A stretch of 64,000 nucleotides of DNA from Verrucomicrobia bacterium UBA3624 (GTDB lineage: Bacteria; Verrucomicrobiota; Kiritimatiellia; RFP12; UBA1067), in contig DFLH01000001.1 of the NCBI GenBank assembly GCA_002373695.1, positions 114 through 64,113 of the forward strand, given 5' to 3'. Under the pieces are notes generated by a model. It made no database searches. It saw only the letters and a program-made list of their open reading frames with translations, and was not told where the DNA came from. Position numbers and translations under genes: made by a program. How positions within the stretch are numbered: position 1 is the first letter of the stretch; every line of letters starts with the position of its first letter. This document shows positions 9,684 to 18,659 of this stretch, one piece after another.

Positions 9684-9791
9684 CATGAAGGCGATGTACA
9701 TTGACGAGAACAAGAACTTCGTGTGGCAGGACGTGCCCGATCCGGTCTGCCATGGCGAATTCGACGTGAAGCTGAAGATCAAAGTGTATTG
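9684..9791 (+). pseudogene. 35-codon remnant resembling the N-terminus of a Zn-dependent (MDR) alcohol/polyol dehydrogenase
   Basis: A strong SD (AAGGAG) precedes MKAMYIDENKNFVWQDVPDPVCHGEFDVKLKIKVY-stop. This resembles the MKAxVxxxxxxxxxxDVPxPxxxxGEVLVKVKA starts of the MDR family. It is truncated before the catalytic region. Confidence 0.35.
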
Positions 9792-9907
9792 AGATGCATG
9801 ACATTCGCTCATGAAAGTGTGGATGTACGGAATGTATTCCCTCATGAAAGTGTAAGTTGCTGCTTGTGTCCAGTACGATAATTGAGTACACTGAACGGAA
9901 GCCCACG

Positions 9908-12004
9908 ATGAAAGCGAAGAAAAGATGCCTTGGAAAACTTGCCGTCCTGGCGGTTGCTGCCTTGTGCTGCGTGGCGGTGGTGGCTGAATCGCGCATCCTC
10001 CACCTGCCGGGGGGATTCGTTCAACCTTACGGCTCCTATACGACCGGCGGCGAGTTCCCGGGGGCGAAGGCCAAGCTGGGATTCGAGCAGGAGGGCGATC
10101 GGCGTTTCGCACGTCTGTCGTTTGACCTGACAAAAGGCGCATACGTGGGCTACAGGGTCACCGAGCGGATTCCCGCCGGCACGTCGCGCGTTGCGTTCAC
10201 CTTGCGCCTGCCCAAGGGGCTGGAGCGCACGCGGGTGTTCTTCCGCGTCCATGATTCGGAGGGCCAGGCGCACATGCAGTCCGTGCCGTTCAAGGCGACG
10301 GGCGAATGGTCGGTGCTGGAATTCGACCCGTGCACGAGCGGCAGACACTGGGGCGGGGCGAATGACGGCGTGGTGCGGCTGCCGGCCGAGGAATGCGTCC
10401 TCGGCGTCGAAACCCGTGGTGCCAACCGCACGGGATGCCTGGACGTCGCGGACGTGGTGATTGAGACGACGGCCGGCATTTCGGAAATCCCCTCCACGAC
10501 GATCACGTGCGTTCCCATTCGAACCACCGCTCTGTTCTATCCCGGCGAGAATCCGTCGTTCAAACTTTCCGTGACGCGGCGGGCCGAAGCCGTTCAGGCG
10601 GGACGTGGCTCGGCTGACTGCCGGATCACCGATTGCGACGGCAAAGAGTTGTGCCGACGGCAGACGGACGAAGGAACATTTGAGGTCCGCCCCGAGGACG
10701 TGGGCGGACGCTTCGGCGCGTTTGCACTCGACCTGACGGCGGCGGACGGCGCGTCAAACAGGACCTGGTTCGCGCGTCTCACGTCAAAGGACGTGAAGCC
10801 GTGCCCCTGGGTGGGCACGCAGTGTCATGTCTATAGCTGGCGGAACGTTTCGCAGCTCGTGGACCTGCTGGCGGCGGCGGGTATCGGAATCGTCCGCGAC
10901 GAGCCGGGCTGGGCCGCCTGCGAGCAGAGGAAGGGCGTATACGCGGTTCCCGAAACATACGAGGGGTTCGTGGACGCGTTGCTTGCGCGTGGCATTCGGA
11001 TGAACCTGCTGCTCAGCTATGGAAACAAGCTGTACGACAATCCCGTCGATAAAGACGCATTCGCGCGTTTCGCCGCTTGGTCGGCCGAACACTTCAAGGG
11101 CCGGATCGACCGTTACGAGATATGGAACGAACCGCAGAACTTCACGTTCAAGAAGGCGTACTGGAAGAAAGGCGAAAGCGACGAGAGGTGGATCGGGAAG
11201 TTCGTCGAGTTCACGCACGCCGCAGACGATGCCATCCGGCGGGTTGATCCCGACGCCATCGTGGGCGTAACGGGCGAGGATGTCCCCTATCTCCTTCAGG
11301 CGATGCTCGCGGGAGGCATCGCGCGTGCGCACAACGCGGTGGCGTTTCACCCTTACTGCCATCGCCAGCATCGTCCGGAGCGCGAGTACTTCCTGCGCGA
11401 CTTCGGTTCGGAGTATCGCGCATTGGCCAAGAAGCACGGCGGCGCGAACCGCTGGTGCGTGACCGAGGCCGGCTGGACGACCTACGCGGGCAAGGGGGAA
11501 TACTGGGAGGTGGCGGGCGGCTATCCTCGGTCAAGCTATCTGGGGCAGGCCGCCTGCATCGTGCGGATGTACCTTGCCGCGCTGGAGGCCGGATGCGACT
11601 ACGCCTGCCAGTACGACTTCCGAAACGACGGGCTGAGGGCGTCCTACACCGAGCACAACTTCGGGCTAGTCCATCACGACTGGACGCCGAAGCCGTCGTA
11701 TGCCGCCGTTGCGTTCCTGACGCGGCACGTGGGGCAGAGAAGGTTCGTGTGCGACCTTTCGTCCGACAAGCATGCGTTCCGCGTGGCGGAGTTCGCGCCG
11801 GAGGCGGGGAAGAAGGACGGCGCCGTCCTCGTTCTCTGGAGCGTCGAAGGCGAATGCGAATGGGAGGTGCCGGCATCGCGCGGCCCATGGATCGAATGCC
11901 GCGATCTCTTCGGCAACGTCATCGAGCCTCCGGTCGTCTCCGAACGCAAGTTGCGCCTCGCCGAACGCCCGATCTACCTGCAATTCAAAGGACCATGCCC
12001 ATGA
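9908..12004 (+). CDS. Secreted clan GH-A glycoside hydrolase (GH5/GH39-like) with an N-terminal CBM-like domain
   Basis: The ATG at 9908 gives the signal peptide MKAKKRCLGKLAVLAVAALCCVAVVAES. The acid/base motif is RYEIWNEPQNF and the nucleophile-type motif is WCVTEAGWT. Confidence 0.7.
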   Translation: MKAKKRCLGKLAVLAVAALCCVAVVAESRILHLPGGFVQPYGSYTTGGEFPGAKAKLGFEQEGDRRFARLSFDLTKGAYVGYRVTERIPAGTSRVAFTLRLPKGLERTRVFFRVHDSEGQAHMQSVPFKATGEWSVLEFDPCTSGRHWGGANDGVVRLPAEECVLGVETRGANRTGCLDVADVVIETTAGISEIPSTTITCVPIRTTALFYPGENPSFKLSVTRRAEAVQAGRGSADCRITDCDGKELCRRQTDEGTFEVRPEDVGGRFGAFALDLTAADGASNRTWFARLTSKDVKPCPWVGTQCHVYSWRNVSQLVDLLAAAGIGIVRDEPGWAACEQRKGVYAVPETYEGFVDALLARGIRMNLLLSYGNKLYDNPVDKDAFARFAAWSAEHFKGRIDRYEIWNEPQNFTFKKAYWKKGESDERWIGKFVEFTHAADDAIRRVDPDAIVGVTGEDVPYLLQAMLAGGIARAHNAVAFHPYCHRQHRPEREYFLRDFGSEYRALAKKHGGANRWCVTEAGWTTYAGKGEYWEVAGGYPRSSYLGQAACIVRMYLAALEAGCDYACQYDFRNDGLRASYTEHNFGLVHHDWTPKPSYAAVAFLTRHVGQRRFVCDLSSDKHAFRVAEFAPEAGKKDGAVLVLWSVEGECEWEVPASRGPWIECRDLFGNVIEPPVVSERKLRLAERPIYLQFKGPCP

Positions 12005-13776
12005 AAAAGAAAAAGACAATGTTTGTGATGGTTGCCGCGTTGGCGGCGGGATGTGCGGTGGCGGCATTGCAGCCGATGCCGAAGGGCGAACTGCCAGATC
12101 CGGCGGGGCTCGCAATCAACGCGGGGCGCGTAATCAAGTTCGCGCATCCGCTCCCGCGCATGCGGTGCGGCAAGGTCCAATGCGGCACGTACAACAACTG
12201 GGAGCTCGCGTTCCCCGGCGTGCTCACCACGGCGGGCGCGGACTTCGGCAACGCGCTGTGGAACCTGCGCAAGGTGGTGTGGGCCGACCGGCGGCTCGTG
12301 TTTGTGGACGGGCGTACGCTGATGTGCCAACTCAACTGGATCCGCGACCACGTCCACCAGATGAAGGGCTACCGCCACTGGGAGCACGACCTCACGAGCT
12401 TCCTCGACTTCATCCTCGACACGCAGCGCGCCGACGGGCAGTTCTACGAGCTAATCAAGCAGCTTGACGACTTCCACTGGACGTTCGTGCCGCCCGACTG
12501 CCGCATCCTCTACCCGGAGGACAACCAGGCGCTCGTGCGCCTCGAGCTGGAGGCGGACATCGAGTACCTGATGGTCGAGGGGTGCCTGCAGGCGTGGCGC
12601 GTGACGGGCGACGACGATTGGCTCCGCCGCGCCCTGCCACGCCTCGAAAAAGGCATCGACTACATGACGAGCGACCCCAAGCGTTGGGACAAGGCACACG
12701 GACTCTGCATGCGCCCCTACACGATCGACACCTGGGATTTCACGAACGACCCGCGTTCGGGCGGCAACCGTTCGGTCATCCTCACTGAACCGATGGCGAT
12801 CATGCACGGCGACAACTCGGGCGTCTACCAGGCGATGAACCAGCTCGCGTGGATCAACGAACGCTTCGGCAACACCGCGAAGGCGGCGTCATGGCGCACG
12901 CGTGCCGAGACGCTGAAGGCGAACATGTTCAAGCACCTGTGGAACGGCACGTTCTTCTGCCACCAGCTGCCGCTCAACTGCGAACCCCTCGACGCGCACG
13001 AGAAGGAGCGCCTGTCGCTCTCCATGGCCTACGCGCTCAACCGCGGCATCCTCACGACGGAGCAGAAGCGCGGCGTGGTGGCGGAGTACAAGACGCGCCG
13101 GAAGACGACGAAGGGTTTCTCCGAATGGTTCACGATCGATCCGGCGTACAGTCCGTCGTTCAAGGGCAATCCGCCCGGCCGATACGTGAACGGGGCGATC
13201 TCCCCGTTCACGGCGGGCGAGCTCGCGAAGGGCGCGTTCGAGTGCGGCGAGGAGGCGTACGGCTGGGACATCCTCGACCGCGTCGCGAAGATGGTGAAGC
13301 GCGACGACGGCAAGCTCTACTTCCTCTACGACCCGGTCACGGGCCAGCCGCAGGGCGGCGGACCGAGCGCGTGGGGCGCGGCGGCGATCCTCTCGGCCGT
13401 GGACGAAGGCCTCGCCGGAGTGCAGGATCTCGATACGCAGTACCGCACGATGCGCTTCGCGCCGCGTTGGGCCGTGACGCCGTTCGCCGAAGGCCGCTAC
13501 CTCACGGGCTACGAGGCGTCGCACAGGACGGTGGACGTGCGCTGGATCTTCACCGAGAAAGGATTTCGCTACCACCTGCGCAGCCCGGCGAAGAACGTGC
13601 AGGCGCACCTGCTCGTGCCGACGGGATATATGCCGCAATTGCTCCGCGTAAACGGCAAAAACGTGAATTTCACATGTTCGACTATTGGCGAATCGCGGTA
13701 TGTGGATGCTGCAGTGTCGCCGCAGGATGGGGTTGCGGACTTCGAGGTGCTGTACAGCACTTGCATGCAGCGGTGA
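12001..13776 (+). CDS. Secreted glycoside-hydrolase-like protein; paralog of 7254-9404
   Basis: The ATG at 12001 overlaps the upstream stop (ATGA). Signal peptide: MKKKKTMFVMVAALAAGCAVAAL. Blocks shared with the paralog: NWIRDHVHQMKGYRHWEHD, TQRADGQFYELIKQLDD and YVNGAISPFTAGELAKGAF. The longer 11455 start in the ORF track overlaps the upstream gene and is rejected. Confidence 0.6.
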   Translation: MKKKKTMFVMVAALAAGCAVAALQPMPKGELPDPAGLAINAGRVIKFAHPLPRMRCGKVQCGTYNNWELAFPGVLTTAGADFGNALWNLRKVVWADRRLVFVDGRTLMCQLNWIRDHVHQMKGYRHWEHDLTSFLDFILDTQRADGQFYELIKQLDDFHWTFVPPDCRILYPEDNQALVRLELEADIEYLMVEGCLQAWRVTGDDDWLRRALPRLEKGIDYMTSDPKRWDKAHGLCMRPYTIDTWDFTNDPRSGGNRSVILTEPMAIMHGDNSGVYQAMNQLAWINERFGNTAKAASWRTRAETLKANMFKHLWNGTFFCHQLPLNCEPLDAHEKERLSLSMAYALNRGILTTEQKRGVVAEYKTRRKTTKGFSEWFTIDPAYSPSFKGNPPGRYVNGAISPFTAGELAKGAFECGEEAYGWDILDRVAKMVKRDDGKLYFLYDPVTGQPQGGGPSAWGAAAILSAVDEGLAGVQDLDTQYRTMRFAPRWAVTPFAEGRYLTGYEASHRTVDVRWIFTEKGFRYHLRSPAKNVQAHLLVPTGYMPQLLRVNGKNVNFTCSTIGESRYVDAAVSPQDGVADFEVLYSTCMQR

Positions 13777-13789
13777 TATTTGGTATAAT
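13761..13789 (+). promoter_or_regulatory. Sigma70-type promoter for prs (TTGCAT-17 bp-TATAAT with an extended -10 TG)
   Basis: TTGCAT at 13761-13766 and TGGTATAAT at 13781-13789. Hexamer spacing is 17 bp. It lies 60 nt upstream of the prs ATG. Confidence 0.5.
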
Positions 13790-13849
13790 TTCAACTTTCA
13801 CGTCCCCATAGGATTTTGGGGCGCATGATGGCTTTGTGTATGGAGCGAG

Positions 13850-14824
13850 TTGGACATGTCTGAAACAACGAACGATTTCATGGTGTTTTCGGGAACGGCA
13901 AATCTGCCGCTAGCCGAGAAGGTTGTTGCATATCTTGGGCGTTCCCTGAACAAGATCGACATAAAGCATTTTCCTGATGGCGAGACGTTCTGCCAGGTGC
14001 TTGAGGGTGTGCGCGGCCAGGACGTGTTTGTGATACAGAGCGGCAGTCCGCGGCCGAACGACGCGTACATGGAGCTGTTCGTGATGATGGACGCGCTGAA
14101 GCGCGGGAGCGCGGCGAGGATCACCGCCGTGCTGCCGTACTACGGCTATGCGCGCCAGGACCGCAAGGACCAGCCGCGCGTGCCGATAACGGCGAAGCTG
14201 ATCGCGAACCTGCTGACGAAAGCCGGGGCCGACAGGGTGCTGACGATGGACCTGCACGCGAACCAGATACAGGGATTCTTCGACATCCCGCTCGACCATC
14301 TGCACGCCGAGCCGGTGATCCTGAAGTACATCAGGGACATGCACTTCGCCAAGCCGATCGTGGTCAGCCCCGATACGGGCGGCGCGAAGACGGCGTACAG
14401 CTACAGCCGCAAGCTCGGGACGGGGCTTGCAATCGTGGCGAAGCAGCGGACGGGGGATTCCACGGTGGATGCGTTCAGCGTGGTTGGCGACGTCAAGGAC
14501 TGCGACGTGATAATGATCGACGACATGACGGCGACAGGCGGAACCCTCAGCGCGGCGGCGAAGCTTCTGCGCGAGCACGGAGCGCGCAGCGTGCACGCGT
14601 TCGTGAGCCATTTCCCGCTCACGGCGAAGGGCATGGAGCGCCTGATGGAGGAGAGCCAGCTGGACGAGCTGGTGGTGACGGACTCGATTCCGCTGCGCGA
14701 GGGGTTCGATCCGGCGAAGCTGCCGTTCAAGCTGACGGTGCTCAGCGTGGCGCCGCTGATCGGCGAGGCCATCAAGCGCATCCACAGCAACAACAGCGTG
14801 AACGACCTGTTCAACCACGAGTGA
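13850..14824 (+). CDS. prs: Ribose-phosphate pyrophosphokinase
   Basis: Full-length match by eye to the Prs family: FSGTANLPLAEKV, YYGYARQDRK, DLHANQIQGFF and the PRPP loop VIMIDDMTATGGT. The start could instead be the ATG at 13856. Confidence 0.93.
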   Translation: MDMSETTNDFMVFSGTANLPLAEKVVAYLGRSLNKIDIKHFPDGETFCQVLEGVRGQDVFVIQSGSPRPNDAYMELFVMMDALKRGSAARITAVLPYYGYARQDRKDQPRVPITAKLIANLLTKAGADRVLTMDLHANQIQGFFDIPLDHLHAEPVILKYIRDMHFAKPIVVSPDTGGAKTAYSYSRKLGTGLAIVAKQRTGDSTVDAFSVVGDVKDCDVIMIDDMTATGGTLSAAAKLLREHGARSVHAFVSHFPLTAKGMERLMEESQLDELVVTDSIPLREGFDPAKLPFKLTVLSVAPLIGEAIKRIHSNNSVNDLFNHE

Positions 14825-14892
14825 ACCGCAATTTGCCGCCGAGGGTAGCGCGCGTGCGCGAGAGCAGGTGGCGTGAAGAAAAGAGAAGACAA

Positions 14893-15555
14893 ATGGAAAA
14901 GATAATGATCAAGGCGGAGGAGCGCGCGGAGCATGGCACCGCGGCGGTCCGCCGGCTTCGCCGGACGGGGAAGATCCCCGCGTCGGTGATGAAGATGAAC
15001 AAGGGCGGCACCCAGCTGATCGCGCTGGACGCCCACGAGTTCATGATGGCGATGCGCGGAAGGAGTGGCAAGCAGCTTCTCGTCGCGCTGGACATGAACG
15101 GGTCCACCATGCACGCCCTTCTGCGTGAGATGCAGAACGACGTGCTGGCCGGGACTCCCATACACGTGGATTTCAGCGAGGTGTCGCTCACGCAGAAGGT
15201 GCGCGTCACGGTTCCGCTGTACCTCACGGGCGAGGCGACGGGCGTGAAGCTCGGCGGCGGCGTGCTGGAGCAGGTGCTCCGCACGGTCGACGTGGAGTGC
15301 CTCCCCGACGACATCGAGGAGAAGTTCGACGTCGACGTCACGGCGCTCGGCCTGGACCAGACGCTCTTCGTGAAGGACCTGCAGCTGGGCGACAAGTTCA
15401 CGCTCGTGACCCGCGGCGAGTACGCGGTGGCGACGGTCAAGGCGCCCGATGGCGCGGACGCGCCGGCTGCGGCCGCGGCGGCGGAGAAGTCGCCCGAAGT
15501 CATCAAGAAGGGCAAGGAGGACGCCGACGCCAAGAAGGCGGAGGCGAAGAAGTAG
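14893..15555 (+). CDS. rplY: 50S ribosomal protein L25 / general stress protein Ctc
   Basis: AEERAEHGTAAVRRLRRTGKIPASV matches the L25 N-terminus. The tail is long, acidic and Ala/Lys-rich. The conserved prs-ctc-pth gene order supports the call. Confidence 0.85.
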   Translation: MEKIMIKAEERAEHGTAAVRRLRRTGKIPASVMKMNKGGTQLIALDAHEFMMAMRGRSGKQLLVALDMNGSTMHALLREMQNDVLAGTPIHVDFSEVSLTQKVRVTVPLYLTGEATGVKLGGGVLEQVLRTVDVECLPDDIEEKFDVDVTALGLDQTLFVKDLQLGDKFTLVTRGEYAVATVKAPDGADAPAAAAAAEKSPEVIKKGKEDADAKKAEAKK

Positions 15556-15576
15556 TTCGTTCGACCGGGTGTCTCG

Positions 15577-16188
15577 ATGAAGGTGATCGCAGGACTGGGC
15601 AATCCGGGCGCGGAATACGCGAACACGCCGCATTCGATCGGCTTCGAGGTCGTCGATGCGCTGGCGCGCTCGCTTGGCGCCGTCTGGAAACGTTCGTCCT
15701 CGTTCGACGGCGATCTGGCGCAGGGGATGCTGGGTGGAGTGAAGGTGCTGCTGGTGAAGCCGCAGACGTTCATGAACCTGAGCGGAAACTGCATCGGGCC
15801 CGTCGTAAAGTACCACAACGCCAATGCGGCGGACGATCTGCTAGTGGTGTCGGACGACATCGATCTCCCAACGGGGAAGATGCGCATCCGCAAGGGCGGC
15901 TCCGCAGGCGGGCACAACGGCCTCAAGAGCGTGATCGAGCGTACGGGCACGGCGGACTTCGTCCGTCTGCGCCTGGGCGTCGGCCGCGATGCGCGGAACC
16001 GCGCGAACGTGATCGGGCACGTGCTCGGCAAGTTCGCGGCTGAGGATCGCGCGACGATGGACGAAGTGGTGGCGAAGGCCGTCGAGGCGATCGGAACGAT
16101 CGAACACGAAAATCTCGAAACCGCGATGAACCGGTACAACGGCTGGACGGCGACGTCCGCCGCGACCGGGAAGGAAAACGACAAATGA
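15577..16188 (+). CDS. pth: Peptidyl-tRNA hydrolase
   Basis: MKVIAGLGNPGAEYANTPHSIGF and GGHNGLKS motifs. Confidence 0.93.
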   Translation: MKVIAGLGNPGAEYANTPHSIGFEVVDALARSLGAVWKRSSSFDGDLAQGMLGGVKVLLVKPQTFMNLSGNCIGPVVKYHNANAADDLLVVSDDIDLPTGKMRIRKGGSAGGHNGLKSVIERTGTADFVRLRLGVGRDARNRANVIGHVLGKFAAEDRATMDEVVAKAVEAIGTIEHENLETAMNRYNGWTATSAATGKENDK

Positions 16189-16568
16189 AGAAATACGATG
16201 GTCTCTACATCTTCGCCGGACAGGCGAAGGACGACGTCCTCGACGGGCAGATCACCAAGGCCGTTGCCGAGGTGACGCGTCTCGGGGGCAACATCCTCGC
16301 GCAGGAAGTGCTGGGCAAGCGCACGTTCGCCCGCCCTATGCACAAGCGCGAGAACGGCGTGTACGTGCAGGTGCGTTTCGAGCTCGACCCCTCCAAGGTG
16401 CGCGAGCTTGTGAACAGGTACCGGCTCGTCGAAGAGGTGTTCCGCGTGCAGATTCTTGCGGTGGACGACCGCCGCGAAGCTGTTCTGGCCGCGCAGGCCG
16501 AAGCTGCGGCCAAGCGAGCGGCGGAGAAGGCCCAGGCCGAAGCTGAAGAGGCTCCAGCCGCCGAATAA
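16185..16568 (+). CDS. rpsF: 30S ribosomal protein S6
   Basis: MKKYDGLYIF... matches the S6 N-terminus. There is an ATGA overlap with pth. It heads the rpsF-ssb-rpsR-rplI operon order. Confidence 0.9.
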   Translation: MKKYDGLYIFAGQAKDDVLDGQITKAVAEVTRLGGNILAQEVLGKRTFARPMHKRENGVYVQVRFELDPSKVRELVNRYRLVEEVFRVQILAVDDRREAVLAAQAEAAAKRAAEKAQAEAEEAPAAE

Positions 16569-16583
16569 CCACGAGGTGTAGCG

Positions 16584-17039
16584 ATGCCCTCTTTCAACAA
16601 AGTGATCGTGATGGGGAACCTGACGCGCGACCCCGAGGTTCGCCAGGTGGGCGTGAACGCCGTAAAGGTGTGCCGTTTCGCCCTGGCTCTCAACGAGCGT
16701 CGGCGCGACCGCAACGGCAACATGGTGGACATTCCCACGTTCGTCGAGGTGGACGCGTGGGAAAAGCTCGCCGAGCTGTGCGGCCAGTATCTCCGCAAGG
16801 GCCGGTCGGTCCTGGTGGAAGGTCGTCTCCAGATGGATTCCTGGGAGAAGGACGGGCAGAAGCACCAGAAGCTGAAGATCCGTGCCATGACCGTCAAGTT
16901 CATGCCTCTGCCGGCGCCCAACCAGAGCCGGCTTACGGGCGAACCGGTCGTGCCCGGCGGCGCGTCGGCGGCAGGCTTGCCGCCTGGGATGCCGTCGCCT
17001 GCCGACCTGGACGTGTATGACGAGGAGCAGCCGTTCTAA
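16584..17039 (+). CDS. ssb: Single-stranded DNA-binding protein
   Basis: OB-fold start: NKVIVMGNLTRDPEVR. A Gly/Pro-rich linker is followed by the acidic tip DVYDEEQPF. Confidence 0.92.
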   Translation: MPSFNKVIVMGNLTRDPEVRQVGVNAVKVCRFALALNERRRDRNGNMVDIPTFVEVDAWEKLAELCGQYLRKGRSVLVEGRLQMDSWEKDGQKHQKLKIRAMTVKFMPLPAPNQSRLTGEPVVPGGASAAGLPPGMPSPADLDVYDEEQPF

Positions 17040-17069
17040 CGACAAGAAAAACAACAAGAGAGAACTAAA

Positions 17070-17309
17070 ATGGCTTACCAGAAAAAAGAGCGTGCCGTGC
17101 GCGACGACCGCGGGGAGTTCACAGTCCATCGCCGTCCGGAGCTGCCGGCCAACGACAAGATCGACTTCAACGACATCGAGTTGCTGAAGCATTATGTCAC
17201 CGAGTACGGAAAGATCATTCCGGCGCGCGTGACGGGCGTGACCGCGATGCAGCAGCGCCAGATCAAGAAGGGCGTGCGCCGTGCGCGCAACATGGGCCTG
17301 ATGGCCTGA
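17070..17309 (+). CDS. rpsR: 30S ribosomal protein S18
   Basis: IDFNDIELLKHYVTEYGKIIPARVTGVTAMQQRQIKKGVRRARNMGLM. Confidence 0.93.
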   Translation: MAYQKKERAVRDDRGEFTVHRRPELPANDKIDFNDIELLKHYVTEYGKIIPARVTGVTAMQQRQIKKGVRRARNMGLMA

Positions 17310-17325
17310 GAAAGGAGCGTCCGAA

Positions 17326-17790
17326 ATGGTTGAAGTCATGCTGATGGCCGATGTCAAGAAGCTCGGCAAGGCCGGCGCGATCGTCCACGTCGCTCCGGGA
17401 TACGCGCGCAACTACCTCTTCACGCAGGGCCTTGCGGCCCCGGTGACGGAGGCGGCGAAGCGCAAGCTCGCAAAGCTCGAGGCGGAGCGTGCCAAGGCCC
17501 GTGCCGAGCGCAAGGCCGCCGCGGAGGAGCTCGCCAAGAAGCTGGCGGGTCTCAACGTCACGGTGTCCGCGCGCACGGTGGACGGCAAGCGTCTCTACGG
17601 CAGCGTGAGCGCCGCCGACATCATCGGAGCGGTGGCCGCAGACCGCGGCGTGGAGCTCGTGCGTTCGCAGCTCGACCTGCCGGATCAGCTCCGCGAGATC
17701 GGCGAGTACAACGCGAAGCTCGATCTCGGCGAGGGCGTTTTCGTGCCCTTCAAGGTCAAGATCAACGACGAAGAAGCCGCGCAGGCGTAA
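17326..17790 (+). CDS. rplI: 50S ribosomal protein L9
   Basis: The N-terminus DVKKLGKAGAIVHVAPGYARNYL and the operon position support the call. Confidence 0.9.
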   Translation: MVEVMLMADVKKLGKAGAIVHVAPGYARNYLFTQGLAAPVTEAAKRKLAKLEAERAKARAERKAAAEELAKKLAGLNVTVSARTVDGKRLYGSVSAADIIGAVAADRGVELVRSQLDLPDQLREIGEYNAKLDLGEGVFVPFKVKINDEEAAQA

Positions 17791-17845
17791 GCCGGTGCGG
17801 TCGCGCGCGGTGGCGGCGTCTGGCTAGGACGCGTCCCCGCGCGCC
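17791..17845. repeat. GC-rich palindromic intergenic element (REP-like family member)
   Basis: GCGGTCGCGCGCGGTGGCGGCG...GGCTAGGACGCGTCCCCGCGCGCC contains the palindrome GGACGCGTCC and a GCGCGCGG/CCGCGCGC stem. It shares words with the elements at 39611, 47603 and 57846. Confidence 0.6.
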
Positions 17846-17946
17846 AAAAAACTTTCCTTGCCCCCTTGCCTTACAGAGAAAAAAAGTGTATTCTTTACGG
17901 CGCCTTTCGGAGTGCCTTATCCTTTGGCTCCGTTTTGGTGGATTAA

Positions 17947-18618
17947 ATGAGCAGAATTGTCTATAGATTGGCCCTGTTGGCCATGTGCGTGTGCATCTTT
18001 GGCTGCGAGACGGTGAAAGATGTCTTGGGTGTGCGCGACGAAGTGGCGGACAGTGTGGATGCCGACGCCTTGGCCACCTATTTCGACGGCCCCAAGGTGC
18101 GCCCCGGCGTGGCGCTTGCCATCTCCGTGACTGCGACGGGTACGCAGGGGACGGCGGCCAAGCAGTATTTCGTCGATGCGGAGGGTTGCATCACGATGGA
18201 TCTCGTCGGGCGGATCAAGTGCGACGGCCTGACGCTTGTCGGCCTGCAGGAGAAGATCGCTGCGGCCTACAAGGAGTATCTGCTGGAGCCGCATGTCACG
18301 GCGACGTTCATCTACCAGCCGGGGCAGAACATGGTGTCGCCGTGGGGGACGGTGACCGTGTTGGGCGAAGTCGGCCGTCCGGGACCGGTGGACGTGCCGT
18401 CCACGCTCGACCTGAGGGTGACGCGCGCTCTCCAGCTGGCTGGCGGAGCCAATCCGATCGCCGACAAGCGGCGTGTGCAGGTGACGCGCTGCGACAAGGA
18501 CGGCAAGCTGACGAAGACGCGAATCGATTTGATCGAAATAGGCGAACAGGGGCGGCCTGACAAGGACATGCTCCTGAAAGCCGGCGATGTCGTGTGGGTG
18601 CCGATGTCGTGGTATTGA
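17947..18618 (+). CDS. Polysaccharide export outer-membrane lipoprotein (Wza/PES family)
   Basis: Lipobox: LLAMCVCIFGC. Family-typical blocks: VRPGVALAISV, LTLVGLQEKIAAAYKEY, VTVLGEVGRPGPV, RVTRALQLAGGA and LLKAGDVVWVP. Confidence 0.8.
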   Translation: MSRIVYRLALLAMCVCIFGCETVKDVLGVRDEVADSVDADALATYFDGPKVRPGVALAISVTATGTQGTAAKQYFVDAEGCITMDLVGRIKCDGLTLVGLQEKIAAAYKEYLLEPHVTATFIYQPGQNMVSPWGTVTVLGEVGRPGPVDVPSTLDLRVTRALQLAGGANPIADKRRVQVTRCDKDGKLTKTRIDLIEIGEQGRPDKDMLLKAGDVVWVPMSWY

Positions 18619-18659
18619 TTGTCAAGTAGTTCCAGTCAAGCGAAGGAAGAGGTACGGTT

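Noticed and set aside
11455-12000. N-terminal extensions offered by the ORF track, for example 11455 for the GH paralog, 57807 for the ABC ATPase, 60662 for the vWA protein and 45961 for rpoN.
   Set aside because: Each extension overlaps the upstream gene or a tRNA/poly-G region and is Arg-rich. Internal ATGs give proper signal peptides or family-typical N-termini.
14811-17411. An 866-aa minus-strand ORF opposite the rplY-pth-rpsF-ssb-rpsR genes. Similar cases are 1179-3284, 4891-6660, 39900-41780 and 42152-44239.
   Set aside because: The opposite strand encodes unmistakable conserved proteins. The antisense products are low-complexity and Arg/Pro/Ser-rich.
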